61,858 bases of DNA from Acidobacteriota bacterium (GTDB taxonomy: Bacteria; Acidobacteriota; Aminicenantia; Aminicenantales; Aminicenantaceae), in contig DAOVDI010000002.1 in assembly GCA_030669585.1 (NCBI GenBank), forward strand, positions 1 to 61,858, written 5' to 3'. This document shows, piece by piece, positions 26,681 to 34,936 of this stretch. The first letter of the stretch is position 1. Each line of letters opens with the position of its first letter. A model generated the notes under the pieces. It worked only from the letters and a program-made list of their open reading frames with translations, was not told the DNA's origin and did not search any database. The translations under genes and the position numbers were made by a program.

Positions 26681-28438
26681 TTATTCAATAAATATTCCTT
26701 CAATTTCGGCAAAAATCTGTTTATCACGGAAATGCTTCTGCTGGGCCGCTCCACTTGGACAGGCTGAAACGCAGGTACCGCAGCCCTTGCACAAAGCATC
26801 GTTGATTTCAGAGATTCCTTTTTCTTTATCATAAGTGATCGCTGTAAAAGGACAAAGTCCCACGCAGATCTGGCAGCCGGCGCAGAGCTCTTCATCGATC
26901 TCGGCTGTGATTGGTTCGAGATCAAACTTTCCCTTATCAGCCAGAGCAAGGGCCTCGCATGCCGCAGCACCAGCCTGTGCGACAGTATCGGGAATGTCTT
27001 TGGGTGACTGGCATGTTCCTGCCAGAAAGATCCCGTCAGAGAAAGTGGATACCGGAGCTAGTTTGGGGTGTCTCTCCAGGAAAAAGCCATCCTGGCTGCA
27101 GGAGATGTTGAAGACTTTGGCGATCTGGTTGGAATCTGTTCCGGGTTCCAGCCCGGTTGCCAGGATGACCATGTCCACCGGGATGCGCCTGACAACTCCG
27201 ATCAATGTGTCTTCTACGCGGATAATAAGCTTTCCTTCTTCTTCTTTGCTGAGAGCCATGTCACTTACTTCGGAGACACGTCCCCGGATGAATTTTGTCC
27301 CTTCATGAAGCAGCCGGTGATAAAATTCCTCATATCCTTTGCCGAAACACCTCATATCGATATAAAAATCGTAGATGTCTGCAGATGTCTTTTCTTTGAG
27401 TAAATGTGCAAATTTCAGAGAATACATACAGCAGACGCGTGAACAGTACTCATTGTAATTTTCGTCTCTAGACCCAACACAGTGGATGATGCCCACGGAC
27501 TTGGGTTCCTCGCCGTTGGATAAGAGAATCTTTCCTCCTGTCGGACTTGATGCATTAACAAGTCTTTCGAATTCCAGAGCAGTGATGACATTATCTAAAC
27601 GGCCATATCCATACGCTGGGATCAAGGAAGGGTCAAAGGATTTGAACCCGGATGCCAGAATTATCGAACCCACTTCGAGCTCGATTTCTTCATCCTGAGC
27701 TTCATGGTCGATAGCTTCTTTTTGACAAACATCTGAGCAGATCTTACATTCCCCCGTCTTAAAGTGGATACAGGCTTCTTCATCGATAAAAGGCACCATG
27801 GGGACAGCCTGCCGGATGGGAACGCGAATAGCGGTTGAAGGACCGAGATCCAGTTCGCTGTGAATTACTTTTCGGCCGTGAAGGTCTTCGACCGTAATGG
27901 CTCCGGTAGGACAGAAAAATGCACAGGCCGTACAGCCGATACATGCTTCGGACTGCTCACCGAATGGGGTGCAGACTTCCCGGTGCTGGCCTCTCTGGAG
28001 AAAACTGATGGCACTGGCACCCACAATATCTTCACAGGCCCTTACGCACATTCCGCAGAGGATACATTTTTCATCCGGATCTTTGATCTTGAAACGGGTT
28101 TTTTCTATACCCAATTCCTTCGCCAGTTCCTGGACAGGTACTGCGGCAGGTGCTTGAGCAAGGAGCATTTCGACATTCATTCTGCGTGCAAAAAGAGCTT
28201 TATCCGAAGCGGTCTGGATTTCCATCCCGTTCTTGACCAGTGTGTTACAGCTTGTGACGAGTTCAGAACCTTTGCCTGAAATGGATTCCACAACACAGAC
28301 CCGGCAGGCTGCATAGGGCTCCATTAGGGGGTGATAGCAAAGGGTTGGAATTTTGATCTCTTGCTGTTCAGCCGCTTGAAGAATTGTTATTCCATCCTCG
28401 ACCTGGATTGTTTTTCCGTCTATCTTTAAATTCACCAC
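26681..28438 (-). CDS. Fusion protein: HoxU/NuoG-N-terminal-like 2Fe-2S/4Fe-4S module joined to the C-terminal two-thirds of HdrA
   Basis: 585 aa with a GTG start after AAGGAG. Residues 1 to about 200 carry IDGKTIQV…CYHP…CRVCVVE…C (2Fe-2S) and CILCGMCVRAC. From about residue 165 there is HdrA-like sequence: CIGCTACAFFCPTGAI…RQAVP…CKICSDVC…VGSIILASGFKSFDP…CVGSRD…YCSRVCCMYSLK…FLAGTCQSPKDIPDTVAQ. Then a C-terminal 2x[4Fe-4S] (CAGCQICVGLCP, CKGCGTCVSACP). Confidence 0.75.
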   Translation of the reverse strand: MVNLKIDGKTIQVEDGITILQAAEQQEIKIPTLCYHPLMEPYAACRVCVVESISGKGSELVTSCNTLVKNGMEIQTASDKALFARRMNVEMLLAQAPAAVPVQELAKELGIEKTRFKIKDPDEKCILCGMCVRACEDIVGASAISFLQRGQHREVCTPFGEQSEACIGCTACAFFCPTGAITVEDLHGRKVIHSELDLGPSTAIRVPIRQAVPMVPFIDEEACIHFKTGECKICSDVCQKEAIDHEAQDEEIELEVGSIILASGFKSFDPSLIPAYGYGRLDNVITALEFERLVNASSPTGGKILLSNGEEPKSVGIIHCVGSRDENYNEYCSRVCCMYSLKFAHLLKEKTSADIYDFYIDMRCFGKGYEEFYHRLLHEGTKFIRGRVSEVSDMALSKEEEGKLIIRVEDTLIGVVRRIPVDMVILATGLEPGTDSNQIAKVFNISCSQDGFFLERHPKLAPVSTFSDGIFLAGTCQSPKDIPDTVAQAGAAACEALALADKGKFDLEPITAEIDEELCAGCQICVGLCPFTAITYDKEKGISEINDALCKGCGTCVSACPSGAAQQKHFRDKQIFAEIEGIFIE

Positions 28439-28449
28439 GTTTTATCTCC

Positions 28450-30282
28450 TTAATCGACCTTTACTGCACCGAATTTACATACGTCATAACACACGCCGCA
28501 TTTTGTACATTTATCCTGAATGATTTGGTGGGGTTGATTCCTTTCGCCTAAAATTGCGTCTGAGGCGCAGTTGCGCCGGCAGAGGTCACATCCATGGCCA
28601 GTGTTAACGCATATATCTTCATCAATGGTATAGACGTTCAGGTCCCTGCAGGTGTGAGCCGGGCATTTTTTATCCCTGATATGGGCTTCGTATTCGCTGC
28701 GGAAATATTTCATGGTTGTCAGGACAGGATTTGGTGCGGTTTTTCCAAGGCCGCACAGAGCGGAATCCTTGATGGAGACAGCCAATTCCTCCAACAGCGT
28801 AAGGTCTTCATCTGTTCCCTCTCCCTTGGTGATTCGTGTCAGAATATCAAGCATAGCCTTGGTCCCTTCCCTGCAGGGAGTACATTTCCCGCATGACTCG
28901 TCCTGGGTAAAAGAGAGAAAATATCGGGCTACATCCACCATGCAGGTGTCTTCGTCCATTACTACCATCCCGCCTGAGCCCATCATTGATCCGGCGTCGG
29001 ACAGGCTTTCATAATCAATAGGAAGATCGATCTTCTCTTTCGGAATACAGCCTCCTGACGGGCCTCCCGTCTGAACGGCCTTGAATTCTCTGCCTCCGGG
29101 AATACCGCCTCCAATGTCATAGATGATCTCTCTAAGAGTGATCCCCATGGGTACTTCGACCAGGCCGGTGTTATTGATCTTTCCCACCAGGGAGAAGACC
29201 TTTGTACCCTTGCTGGTTTCGGTTCCGATATGGGAATACCATTTGGCTCCCCGGTTGATAATGGGCGCGATATTGGCCCAGGTCTCTACATTGTTGATAA
29301 GTGTCGGGCATCCCCAAAGGCCTTTCTCGGCAGGATAGGGGGGACGCGGTTTGGGCTCTCCCAGCCGCCCCTCGATCGACGACAGCAGGGCGGTCTCTTC
29401 TCCGCATATAAATGCGCCGGCCCCGCGTACGATTTTGATATCAAAGTCCATCCCGCTGCCCAGTATGTTTTTTCCCAGAAGGCCGTACTCCCTGGCGTCA
29501 TCCAGGGCTTTGTACAGCCTGTTCAGGGCCAGCGGGTATTCATTCCGGACATAGGCATATCCCTGTGTTGCATTGATAGCCTTGGCTCCGATGACCATGC
29601 CTTCGATGACGGAATGGGGATCGGCTTCAAGAATACTCCGGTCCATAAAGGCTCCTGGGTCTCCTTCGTCCCCGTTACAAACAAGATATTTTACATTCCC
29701 GTTGGAGCTGACGGCATTGCTGACGAATTCCCATTTTAATCCTGTTGGAAATCCCCCTCCCCCTCGGCCCCGAAGTCCTGATTTTTGGATTTCAGATCTG
29801 ATATCTGAGGGAGACATACTGGTCAGAGCTTTAGCCATCGCCTTGTAACCGTCCCGGGCAATGTATTCATCGATTTTTTCCGGATCTATCAATCCCCTGT
29901 TTCTCAGGGCGATAAGGACCTGTTTTTTGAAAAAGTCAATATCACTCAGTACAGGGATGGGTGTTTTTTCTTCGGGAGGGATATACATCAATTTTTCAAC
30001 CGGGCGGCCTTTAAGAAAGTGCTCCTCAACAAGATGAGGAATATCTTTCGTCGTTAGGGTCTGATAAAAAATATTTCCCGGCTGGACAACCAAAAGCGGA
30101 CCCCTCTCGCAAAAACCATTGCATCCGGTCGTGACGATAAGAACTTCATTATCCAGGTCCTGTTTTTTTATTTCCGTTTCCAATGCTTCTTTGATCTCAA
30201 ACGAATGATTGGAAACGCAGGCGGTGCCGGCACAAACCATGAGATGGACTCGGTATTCTTTTTCCTTTTTTATTTTTGCCAT
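28450..30282 (-). CDS. NuoF-like NAD(P)H-binding FMN/Fe-S subunit (HydB/HndC/HoxF-like)
   Basis: Start taken at MAKIKKEKEY (30282, AAGGA RBS); the track start is 30315. N-terminal thioredoxin-like 2Fe-2S domain. NAD/FMN motifs GDEGDPGAF and GRGGGGFPTGLKW. N3 cluster CGKCTPCREG. C-terminal 2x[4Fe-4S]. Confidence 0.85.
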   Translation of the reverse strand: MAKIKKEKEYRVHLMVCAGTACVSNHSFEIKEALETEIKKQDLDNEVLIVTTGCNGFCERGPLLVVQPGNIFYQTLTTKDIPHLVEEHFLKGRPVEKLMYIPPEEKTPIPVLSDIDFFKKQVLIALRNRGLIDPEKIDEYIARDGYKAMAKALTSMSPSDIRSEIQKSGLRGRGGGGFPTGLKWEFVSNAVSSNGNVKYLVCNGDEGDPGAFMDRSILEADPHSVIEGMVIGAKAINATQGYAYVRNEYPLALNRLYKALDDAREYGLLGKNILGSGMDFDIKIVRGAGAFICGEETALLSSIEGRLGEPKPRPPYPAEKGLWGCPTLINNVETWANIAPIINRGAKWYSHIGTETSKGTKVFSLVGKINNTGLVEVPMGITLREIIYDIGGGIPGGREFKAVQTGGPSGGCIPKEKIDLPIDYESLSDAGSMMGSGGMVVMDEDTCMVDVARYFLSFTQDESCGKCTPCREGTKAMLDILTRITKGEGTDEDLTLLEELAVSIKDSALCGLGKTAPNPVLTTMKYFRSEYEAHIRDKKCPAHTCRDLNVYTIDEDICVNTGHGCDLCRRNCASDAILGERNQPHQIIQDKCTKCGVCYDVCKFGAVKVD

Positions 30283-30295
30283 TATCCACGTCCTT

Positions 30296-30685
30296 TCAGT
30301 AATCGGTTTTTTCACTGCCTATGCCCAGGGCATATTTTTCAACGATTTTGCCGCCGAGCACATGTTTTTCCAGAATTTCCTTAGTTTTAGCTCCTGTCAA
30401 TTCTACATATTTCACCGGGGCCTGCCCTTTGATTTCAACAGTCAGCATGGGTTCTTTGCTGCACAGCCCGGCACACCCGGAATTTGTCAGGAGGATTTCG
30501 GTTATATCTTGGGCTTCGATTTCTTCCATCAGAGCGGCCATGATGCCGCGTGCTCCTGCTGCTATTCCGCAGGTTCCCATATGGACAGTGATCTTTGCCC
30601 TGAATTCACTGTCGCCGCGGAGCATGGTTGTTTTTTTTGTTTTTTCTCTAATTTCTTCAAGATCTTCAAGTGTGAGTTTTGGCAT
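30296..30685 (-). CDS. Thioredoxin-like [2Fe-2S] ferredoxin (HndB/HydD-like)
   Basis: 129 aa. Motifs VHMGTCGIAAGA and SGCAGLCSKEP. Confidence 0.75.
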   Translation of the reverse strand: MPKLTLEDLEEIREKTKKTTMLRGDSEFRAKITVHMGTCGIAAGARGIMAALMEEIEAQDITEILLTNSGCAGLCSKEPMLTVEIKGQAPVKYVELTGAKTKEILEKHVLGGKIVEKYALGIGSEKTDY

Positions 30686-31160
30686 CTTTTTCCTCCTTCC
30701 TTCTTCCTTCTTTATATTTTTTTAATACGCCTGGAACCTTGGCCTGAGAGATCTTTCCATATACGTCCTCTCCAATCATTACAACAGGAGCAAGGCCGCA
30801 GCATCCGACGCAGTGAACTTCATCCAGGCTGAATTCCTTGTCTTCCGTGGTTTCCCCGGATTTGATGTTAAGTTCTCTTTCAAGTTTTTCGAGGACCAAC
30901 TGAGCGCCGCGTACATGGCAGGCTGTTCCCAGACAGACATGAATAGGATGTTTGCCTTTGGGTTCCAGGCTAAAAGCATTAAAAAATGTTGCCAGGCTCA
31001 ATACGCGACTGAGAGGTATATTCATCTCGCGGGAAACCTGCAGGATGGCTTCCTTCGGCAAATATCCGAGGGCCTCTTGGATATCCTGCAGAATAGAGAT
31101 AATTGAACTCTGGTCAGTTTCATAATTCGCAAGGATTTGGGAGATTTTTTCTGGATTCAT
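30666..31160 (-). CDS. NuoE-like [2Fe-2S] subunit (HydC/HndA/HoxE-like)
   Basis: 164 aa. Motif SIISILQDIQ. Cluster motifs VCLGTACHVRG and CVGCCGLAP. Confidence 0.85.
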   Translation of the reverse strand: MNPEKISQILANYETDQSSIISILQDIQEALGYLPKEAILQVSREMNIPLSRVLSLATFFNAFSLEPKGKHPIHVCLGTACHVRGAQLVLEKLERELNIKSGETTEDKEFSLDEVHCVGCCGLAPVVMIGEDVYGKISQAKVPGVLKKYKEGRRKEEKDAKTHT

Positions 31161-31705
31161 TTTTCCCTCCTAATAAGGTTTAACTTTTTATCTATTTTAG
31201 TTTTTAAGATGTTGATTACCTCTGGGGAGTTGATCGGAATGCCATCAAGTTGTTTTTTTATTTCCTTTGTGTCAAATGTGAATTCGGATCGATCGGATTT
31301 GGCTGAAAAAAAGATGTCAATATCCGGATGGCCTATGATCAAAGTGGCAAGGGTCTGTGATATGTCTCCTAGAGGCTTGGTGTCAATGTGGTCTGCCTTA
31401 AAAGTTGCTTTTATATTTGTTCCCTGACCGGCTTTGGAATTAATGACAAAACTGCCTTCCGCGCTTCTGGCGGCTTCGGCAAGCAATGACAGCCCAAGGC
31501 CGAATTTTCTTGTCTTTTTAGTTGTAAAAAAAGGATTTAATGCAGCATTCATGGTATCTTCCGTCATTCCTTTCCCGTCATCTGTGATTTCCAGGCTGAG
31601 CAGATTGTTTTTGCTGTCCTTCTTGATAGAGATTTCGATATTTCGGGCCTCTGCCCGAATCGAATTCTCAGCGATATCAAGAATGTGCAATGATAGATCC
31701 TCCAT
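31157..31705 (-). CDS. Stand-alone GHKL (histidine-kinase-like) ATPase, no H-box domain
   Basis: 182 aa. N box HILDIAENSIRA. G1 DDGKGM. G2 GLGLSL. It sits between the PHP and NuoE-like genes. Confidence 0.7.
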   Translation of the reverse strand: MEDLSLHILDIAENSIRAEARNIEISIKKDSKNNLLSLEITDDGKGMTEDTMNAALNPFFTTKKTRKFGLGLSLLAEAARSAEGSFVINSKAGQGTNIKATFKADHIDTKPLGDISQTLATLIIGHPDIDIFFSAKSDRSEFTFDTKEIKKQLDGIPINSPEVINILKTKIDKKLNLIRREK

Positions 31706-31710
31706 GTTTA

Positions 31711-32442
31711 TTAATGTAAGATTTTTCGTCCTTTTCTATTCAAAAATGCCATTTTAATTTCTTTGGCGGTTCCTTCTTTCATATAAAATTGTGTGTATCC
31801 TTTGCCGATATCGTCTGGAAAATGAGCATCGGATGATTGGATGATGGGAAGGGGAAAGTCATATTGGGATGCGGCCTTCTCAAATGACATCCTTCGGGAA
31901 ATTTCAAGGGCATCCAATTCAAGATTGTCCGGAAGGAATCCAAGCTGCCCGAGAAGACTGAATGATTCTCTGTCTATGTGAGCTGCAATGGCGATTCCGT
32001 TAAAGTCATGAATGAGATGGATAACTTTATCTATGGTAAAAGTTGAAGCGCCGATCAGGAGTTTTTTATTGAAATGAAGGACTTCATCATTTTTATTGAC
32101 GACGACCTGCATGCCGAATGCTTCCTCGTCGTTTTCGCCCGGGAGATTTTTATAGATCAATTCCTGAAGATGTAGAGCAGAACTCACATTGTCGAAAAGG
32201 GCCAGAATGTGGATTTCTTCGAGAGATGTGACTTCAATCCCTGGTAGTACGCGGATCTCATATTCAGCGGCTGCCTCTATGACAGCAGGAACATTTTCGG
32301 CCGAATTATGATCGCAAATGCCCAGAATATCAATGGACGATTCTCTGGCCTTCATGGCTATCGTTGTCGGCGACATCTTTAAATCCGCACATGGAGAAAG
32401 GCATGTGTGGATATGAAGATCCGCCTTAAATATTTTAAGCAT
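31711..32442 (-). CDS. PHP-domain metal-dependent phosphoesterase
   Basis: 243 aa. Motifs ADLHIHTCLSPC, ICDHNS, AAHIDR and SSDAH, the His/Asp motifs of the PHP fold. Confidence 0.75.
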   Translation of the reverse strand: MLKIFKADLHIHTCLSPCADLKMSPTTIAMKARESSIDILGICDHNSAENVPAVIEAAAEYEIRVLPGIEVTSLEEIHILALFDNVSSALHLQELIYKNLPGENDEEAFGMQVVVNKNDEVLHFNKKLLIGASTFTIDKVIHLIHDFNGIAIAAHIDRESFSLLGQLGFLPDNLELDALEISRRMSFEKAASQYDFPLPIIQSSDAHFPDDIGKGYTQFYMKEGTAKEIKMAFLNRKGRKILH

Positions 32443-32443
32443 T

Positions 32444-32785
32444 TTATTTTTTGGTATCTAAAAGGGCATACAATTTACCTGATATAACAAATGCCGAATC
32501 CTGAGTTGATAGAATGGGGATGTTTTCTTCCTCTGCTTTTTTCAGTGTTTCTTCGTCCGGCTTTCGATTATTCACGAGGATGATTCCAGAAAGTTCTTTG
32601 AGTTTTGCTACTGCTACGATGTTGAGGTGAATTTGAAGCGTGATCCACAATTCTTTTTCTTTGCTGTTAGCAATGACATCACTCAGAAGATCGCTTGAAT
32701 AACCGAAGCTGACCTTGTCTTCCAGGTTTTTATCGGCACTTAAGATTACAAGGTTTAATTTTTCTACGATTTGTTTAAGTGTCAT
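32444..32785 (-). CDS. DRTGG-domain protein
   Basis: Start placed at MTLKQIVEKLNL (32785), about 113 aa. The track ORF extends to 32908 inside the upstream gene. Motifs SDLLSDV and ILVNNRKPDEE…IPILST resemble the paralog at 34576. Confidence 0.6.
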   Translation of the reverse strand: MTLKQIVEKLNLVILSADKNLEDKVSFGYSSDLLSDVIANSKEKELWITLQIHLNIVAVAKLKELSGIILVNNRKPDEETLKKAEEENIPILSTQDSAFVISGKLYALLDTKK

Positions 32786-34139
32786 TTTTTTCTTCCTTTT
32801 TGCCTTTATCATTTGAGTCATCAGTGTCAGTGCGCCTCTCTTTGGCCGATTCGAGCTGCAGCTTGTAATCATCCGCAAGCTTGAAAATACAATCCGTGAT
32901 CTCGGCATCGGCTTTTACCACATCTTCAGCAAATGTCATGCATGTAGGGGAGCCGCAAGCGCCGCAGTCGATTTTGGGGAGGGATTCATATATTTCTTCT
33001 TTTTCCCTCATCTTTTGAATGGCGGCGGCAAGATTGCTGTCCAAAGGTTTAAGAGGCCTTGGTTCTGCCTTTCGTTTCATAGAAAAGTAATTTTGAGCAA
33101 ACAGTTTCCTGATATACCGTATATCCGAACATGCTTTAATTTCTTCGTATTCCAGTCTTTCAACGATCTTGAGGATTTTGTTGTAGCTGATGTATGAGTT
33201 TTCTACTGTCAGGGATCCACCTACGCATCCTTGTGGGCAGGAATAAGCCTCGATAAAGTCAATGTGGTTCAGTTTTCCCTGTTCAATATCATTAAATACT
33301 TTTATAATCTCGCTGATCCCGGAAACAGCCAGGGAATTTTTAAGCCGCAGGGTCCGGCTGATTCCTCCGACCATGGCCCATCCTATTCCAAGAATGCATA
33401 TGTTTTGCAGAGATTTTTTATAGCTTCGGCGTTCGACGCTTTCCATGGCTGAAAGCAGGGGTCCATAGATGTCCGAGATGGAGATGGCTCCATCAAGATA
33501 GGATCTTCCTTTTTCCGCAGGCTGTTTGATTGAGAGCATTTTAACCGGGCATGGAGTGATATAAAAAGTCCCGATATCCTTTTCATCGAGTCCGTATTGA
33601 GCCGATTTTTGTTTTTTAACCTCACGGCCTGCGATCTCTCTGGGGACGTTCAGAGATATGATGTGGTCGATCAAAGATGGGTATTTGACCTGGATCAAGC
33701 GTACAACCGTGGGGCAGGAATTGAAGATGACCGGCTTTGGACCTTTGTGTTCATTGAGATATTCATTTATAGCAAAGCTGACTTGTCCGCAGGTGTTTAT
33801 AAGGTCAAAAGCGTCATCAAATCCCAATTTTTTCAAGCCGTTCAATATCTCATATGGAAGAATATCCCTTCCGAATTGAGCAATAAGCGCAGGAGAAGGA
33901 ATGGCAACTGTGTGCCTGAATTTGGAGAGTTCACCGAAGGGGTCAGTTAAGGGAACGATAGCTCCCTCTGGACAGATCGTAATACATTCGCCGCAGTCGA
34001 TACATCTGTCTTCCAGGATAATGGCTTTTCCATTCCTTACCCGGATCGCTTGTGTCGGGCAGACGTGCATACATTTCATACGTCCGTTGCATTTGTCCTC
34101 TTCTATACGGATAGAGTGATAGTAGTGGCTGTTGTTCAT
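32775..34139 (-). CDS. [FeFe]-hydrogenase-like protein with degenerate H-cluster motifs (putative sensory, HydS/Hfs-like)
   Basis: 454 aa. N-terminal 2x ferredoxin-type Cys motifs. L1-like FNSCPTVV (canonical TSCCPxW). L2-like ITPCPVKM (canonical MPCxxKxxE). L3-like EAYSCPQGCVGGS (canonical ExMxCxxGCxxGGGQP). Extra C-terminal CGACGSPTC motif. Confidence 0.75.
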   Translation of the reverse strand: MNNSHYYHSIRIEEDKCNGRMKCMHVCPTQAIRVRNGKAIILEDRCIDCGECITICPEGAIVPLTDPFGELSKFRHTVAIPSPALIAQFGRDILPYEILNGLKKLGFDDAFDLINTCGQVSFAINEYLNEHKGPKPVIFNSCPTVVRLIQVKYPSLIDHIISLNVPREIAGREVKKQKSAQYGLDEKDIGTFYITPCPVKMLSIKQPAEKGRSYLDGAISISDIYGPLLSAMESVERRSYKKSLQNICILGIGWAMVGGISRTLRLKNSLAVSGISEIIKVFNDIEQGKLNHIDFIEAYSCPQGCVGGSLTVENSYISYNKILKIVERLEYEEIKACSDIRYIRKLFAQNYFSMKRKAEPRPLKPLDSNLAAAIQKMREKEEIYESLPKIDCGACGSPTCMTFAEDVVKADAEITDCIFKLADDYKLQLESAKERRTDTDDSNDKGKKEEKNDT

Positions 34140-34579
34140 TTTTTCCCGTTTAAATAAAATGTGACATCAAGGGTCGTCCCTTTTCCCGGCGAGGAAGAAA
34201 TATCAAGTTTATCTGCATTCCTTTTAATGTTGGGAAGTCCCAATCCTGCGCCGAATCCCATTTCGCGCATTTCATCGGTTGCGGTCGAGTATCCTTCCTG
34301 CATGGCCAGTTCGATATTGTTAATACCCTGGCCTTTATCCTTGAATGTAATATTGATGGCCGATAGGCTCAGACAAAGAATAACTTCCGCATGGTCCGCA
34401 TACATGACGATATTCATTTCCGCTTCGTAGGACGCGATGGCCGCCCTGCGTATGATGGCCGGAGCGATCCCGATCTCTTCAAGAATCTCTTTGATTTTTG
34501 TAGATACGATGCCGGCATGGCTGAAATTTCTTCCCTGGACATTAAATTTTTTTATGAATCCATTTCCCTGGCATATCAT
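34136..34579 (-). CDS. Stand-alone GHKL ATPase, anti-sigma-factor/Ser-kinase-like (SpoIIAB/RsbW-like)
   Basis: 147 aa. Motifs EAEMNIVMYA, DKGQGI and GAGLGLPNI. No HisKA domain. Confidence 0.7.
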   Translation of the reverse strand: MICQGNGFIKKFNVQGRNFSHAGIVSTKIKEILEEIGIAPAIIRRAAIASYEAEMNIVMYADHAEVILCLSLSAINITFKDKGQGINNIELAMQEGYSTATDEMREMGFGAGLGLPNIKRNADKLDISSSPGKGTTLDVTFYLNGKK

Positions 34580-34935
34580 GTTTTTATGGTCCTTTCAACA
34601 CCGGCAAGGCCGTGGTTGTACAACAGGCCGCAGGCTTTGTACATCATAAATTTTGTGGACAGCAGGGGAATGTTTTTTTGCCCGGCCAGTTCGATTCCAT
34701 TGCTATCGGGCTTTTTGCCCCGCACATAGATGACAGCATTGGCGCCAATGATGTCTGCTGTCCGTACTGTTTGTATATTGGACAGCCCTGTAAGCAAAAG
34801 GAGTCCCGGTTGACCGAAAGCGAGTACATCGCTCATTAAATCCGATCCTCCGGCACACTCGATCTCTACATCAAGGTAGTTCTCTCCGCAGATAAGATCA
34901 GCCTCCAGAATTTCTTTTATTTCTTTTAACTTCAT
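34576..34935 (-). CDS. DRTGG-domain protein
   Basis: Start placed at MKLKEIKEIL (34935), immediately after the hdrA-N stop; the track start is 34953. Motifs GGSDLMSDVL, LLLTGLSN and IYVRGKKPD…IPLLST. Confidence 0.65.
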   Translation of the reverse strand: MKLKEIKEILEADLICGENYLDVEIECAGGSDLMSDVLAFGQPGLLLLTGLSNIQTVRTADIIGANAVIYVRGKKPDSNGIELAGQKNIPLLSTKFMMYKACGLLYNHGLAGVERTIKT

Positions 34936-34936
34936 T

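Noticed and set aside
23795-31160. Calling the nuoE/nuoF/HoxU-like plus [NiFe] genes a Hox-type (group 3d) bidirectional hydrogenase
   Set aside because: The presence of mvhD, the HdrA-like body of the HoxU-like protein, hdrBC in the same block, and Mvh-like large and small subunit motifs all argue for a 3c-type core. A phylogeny is needed to settle this.
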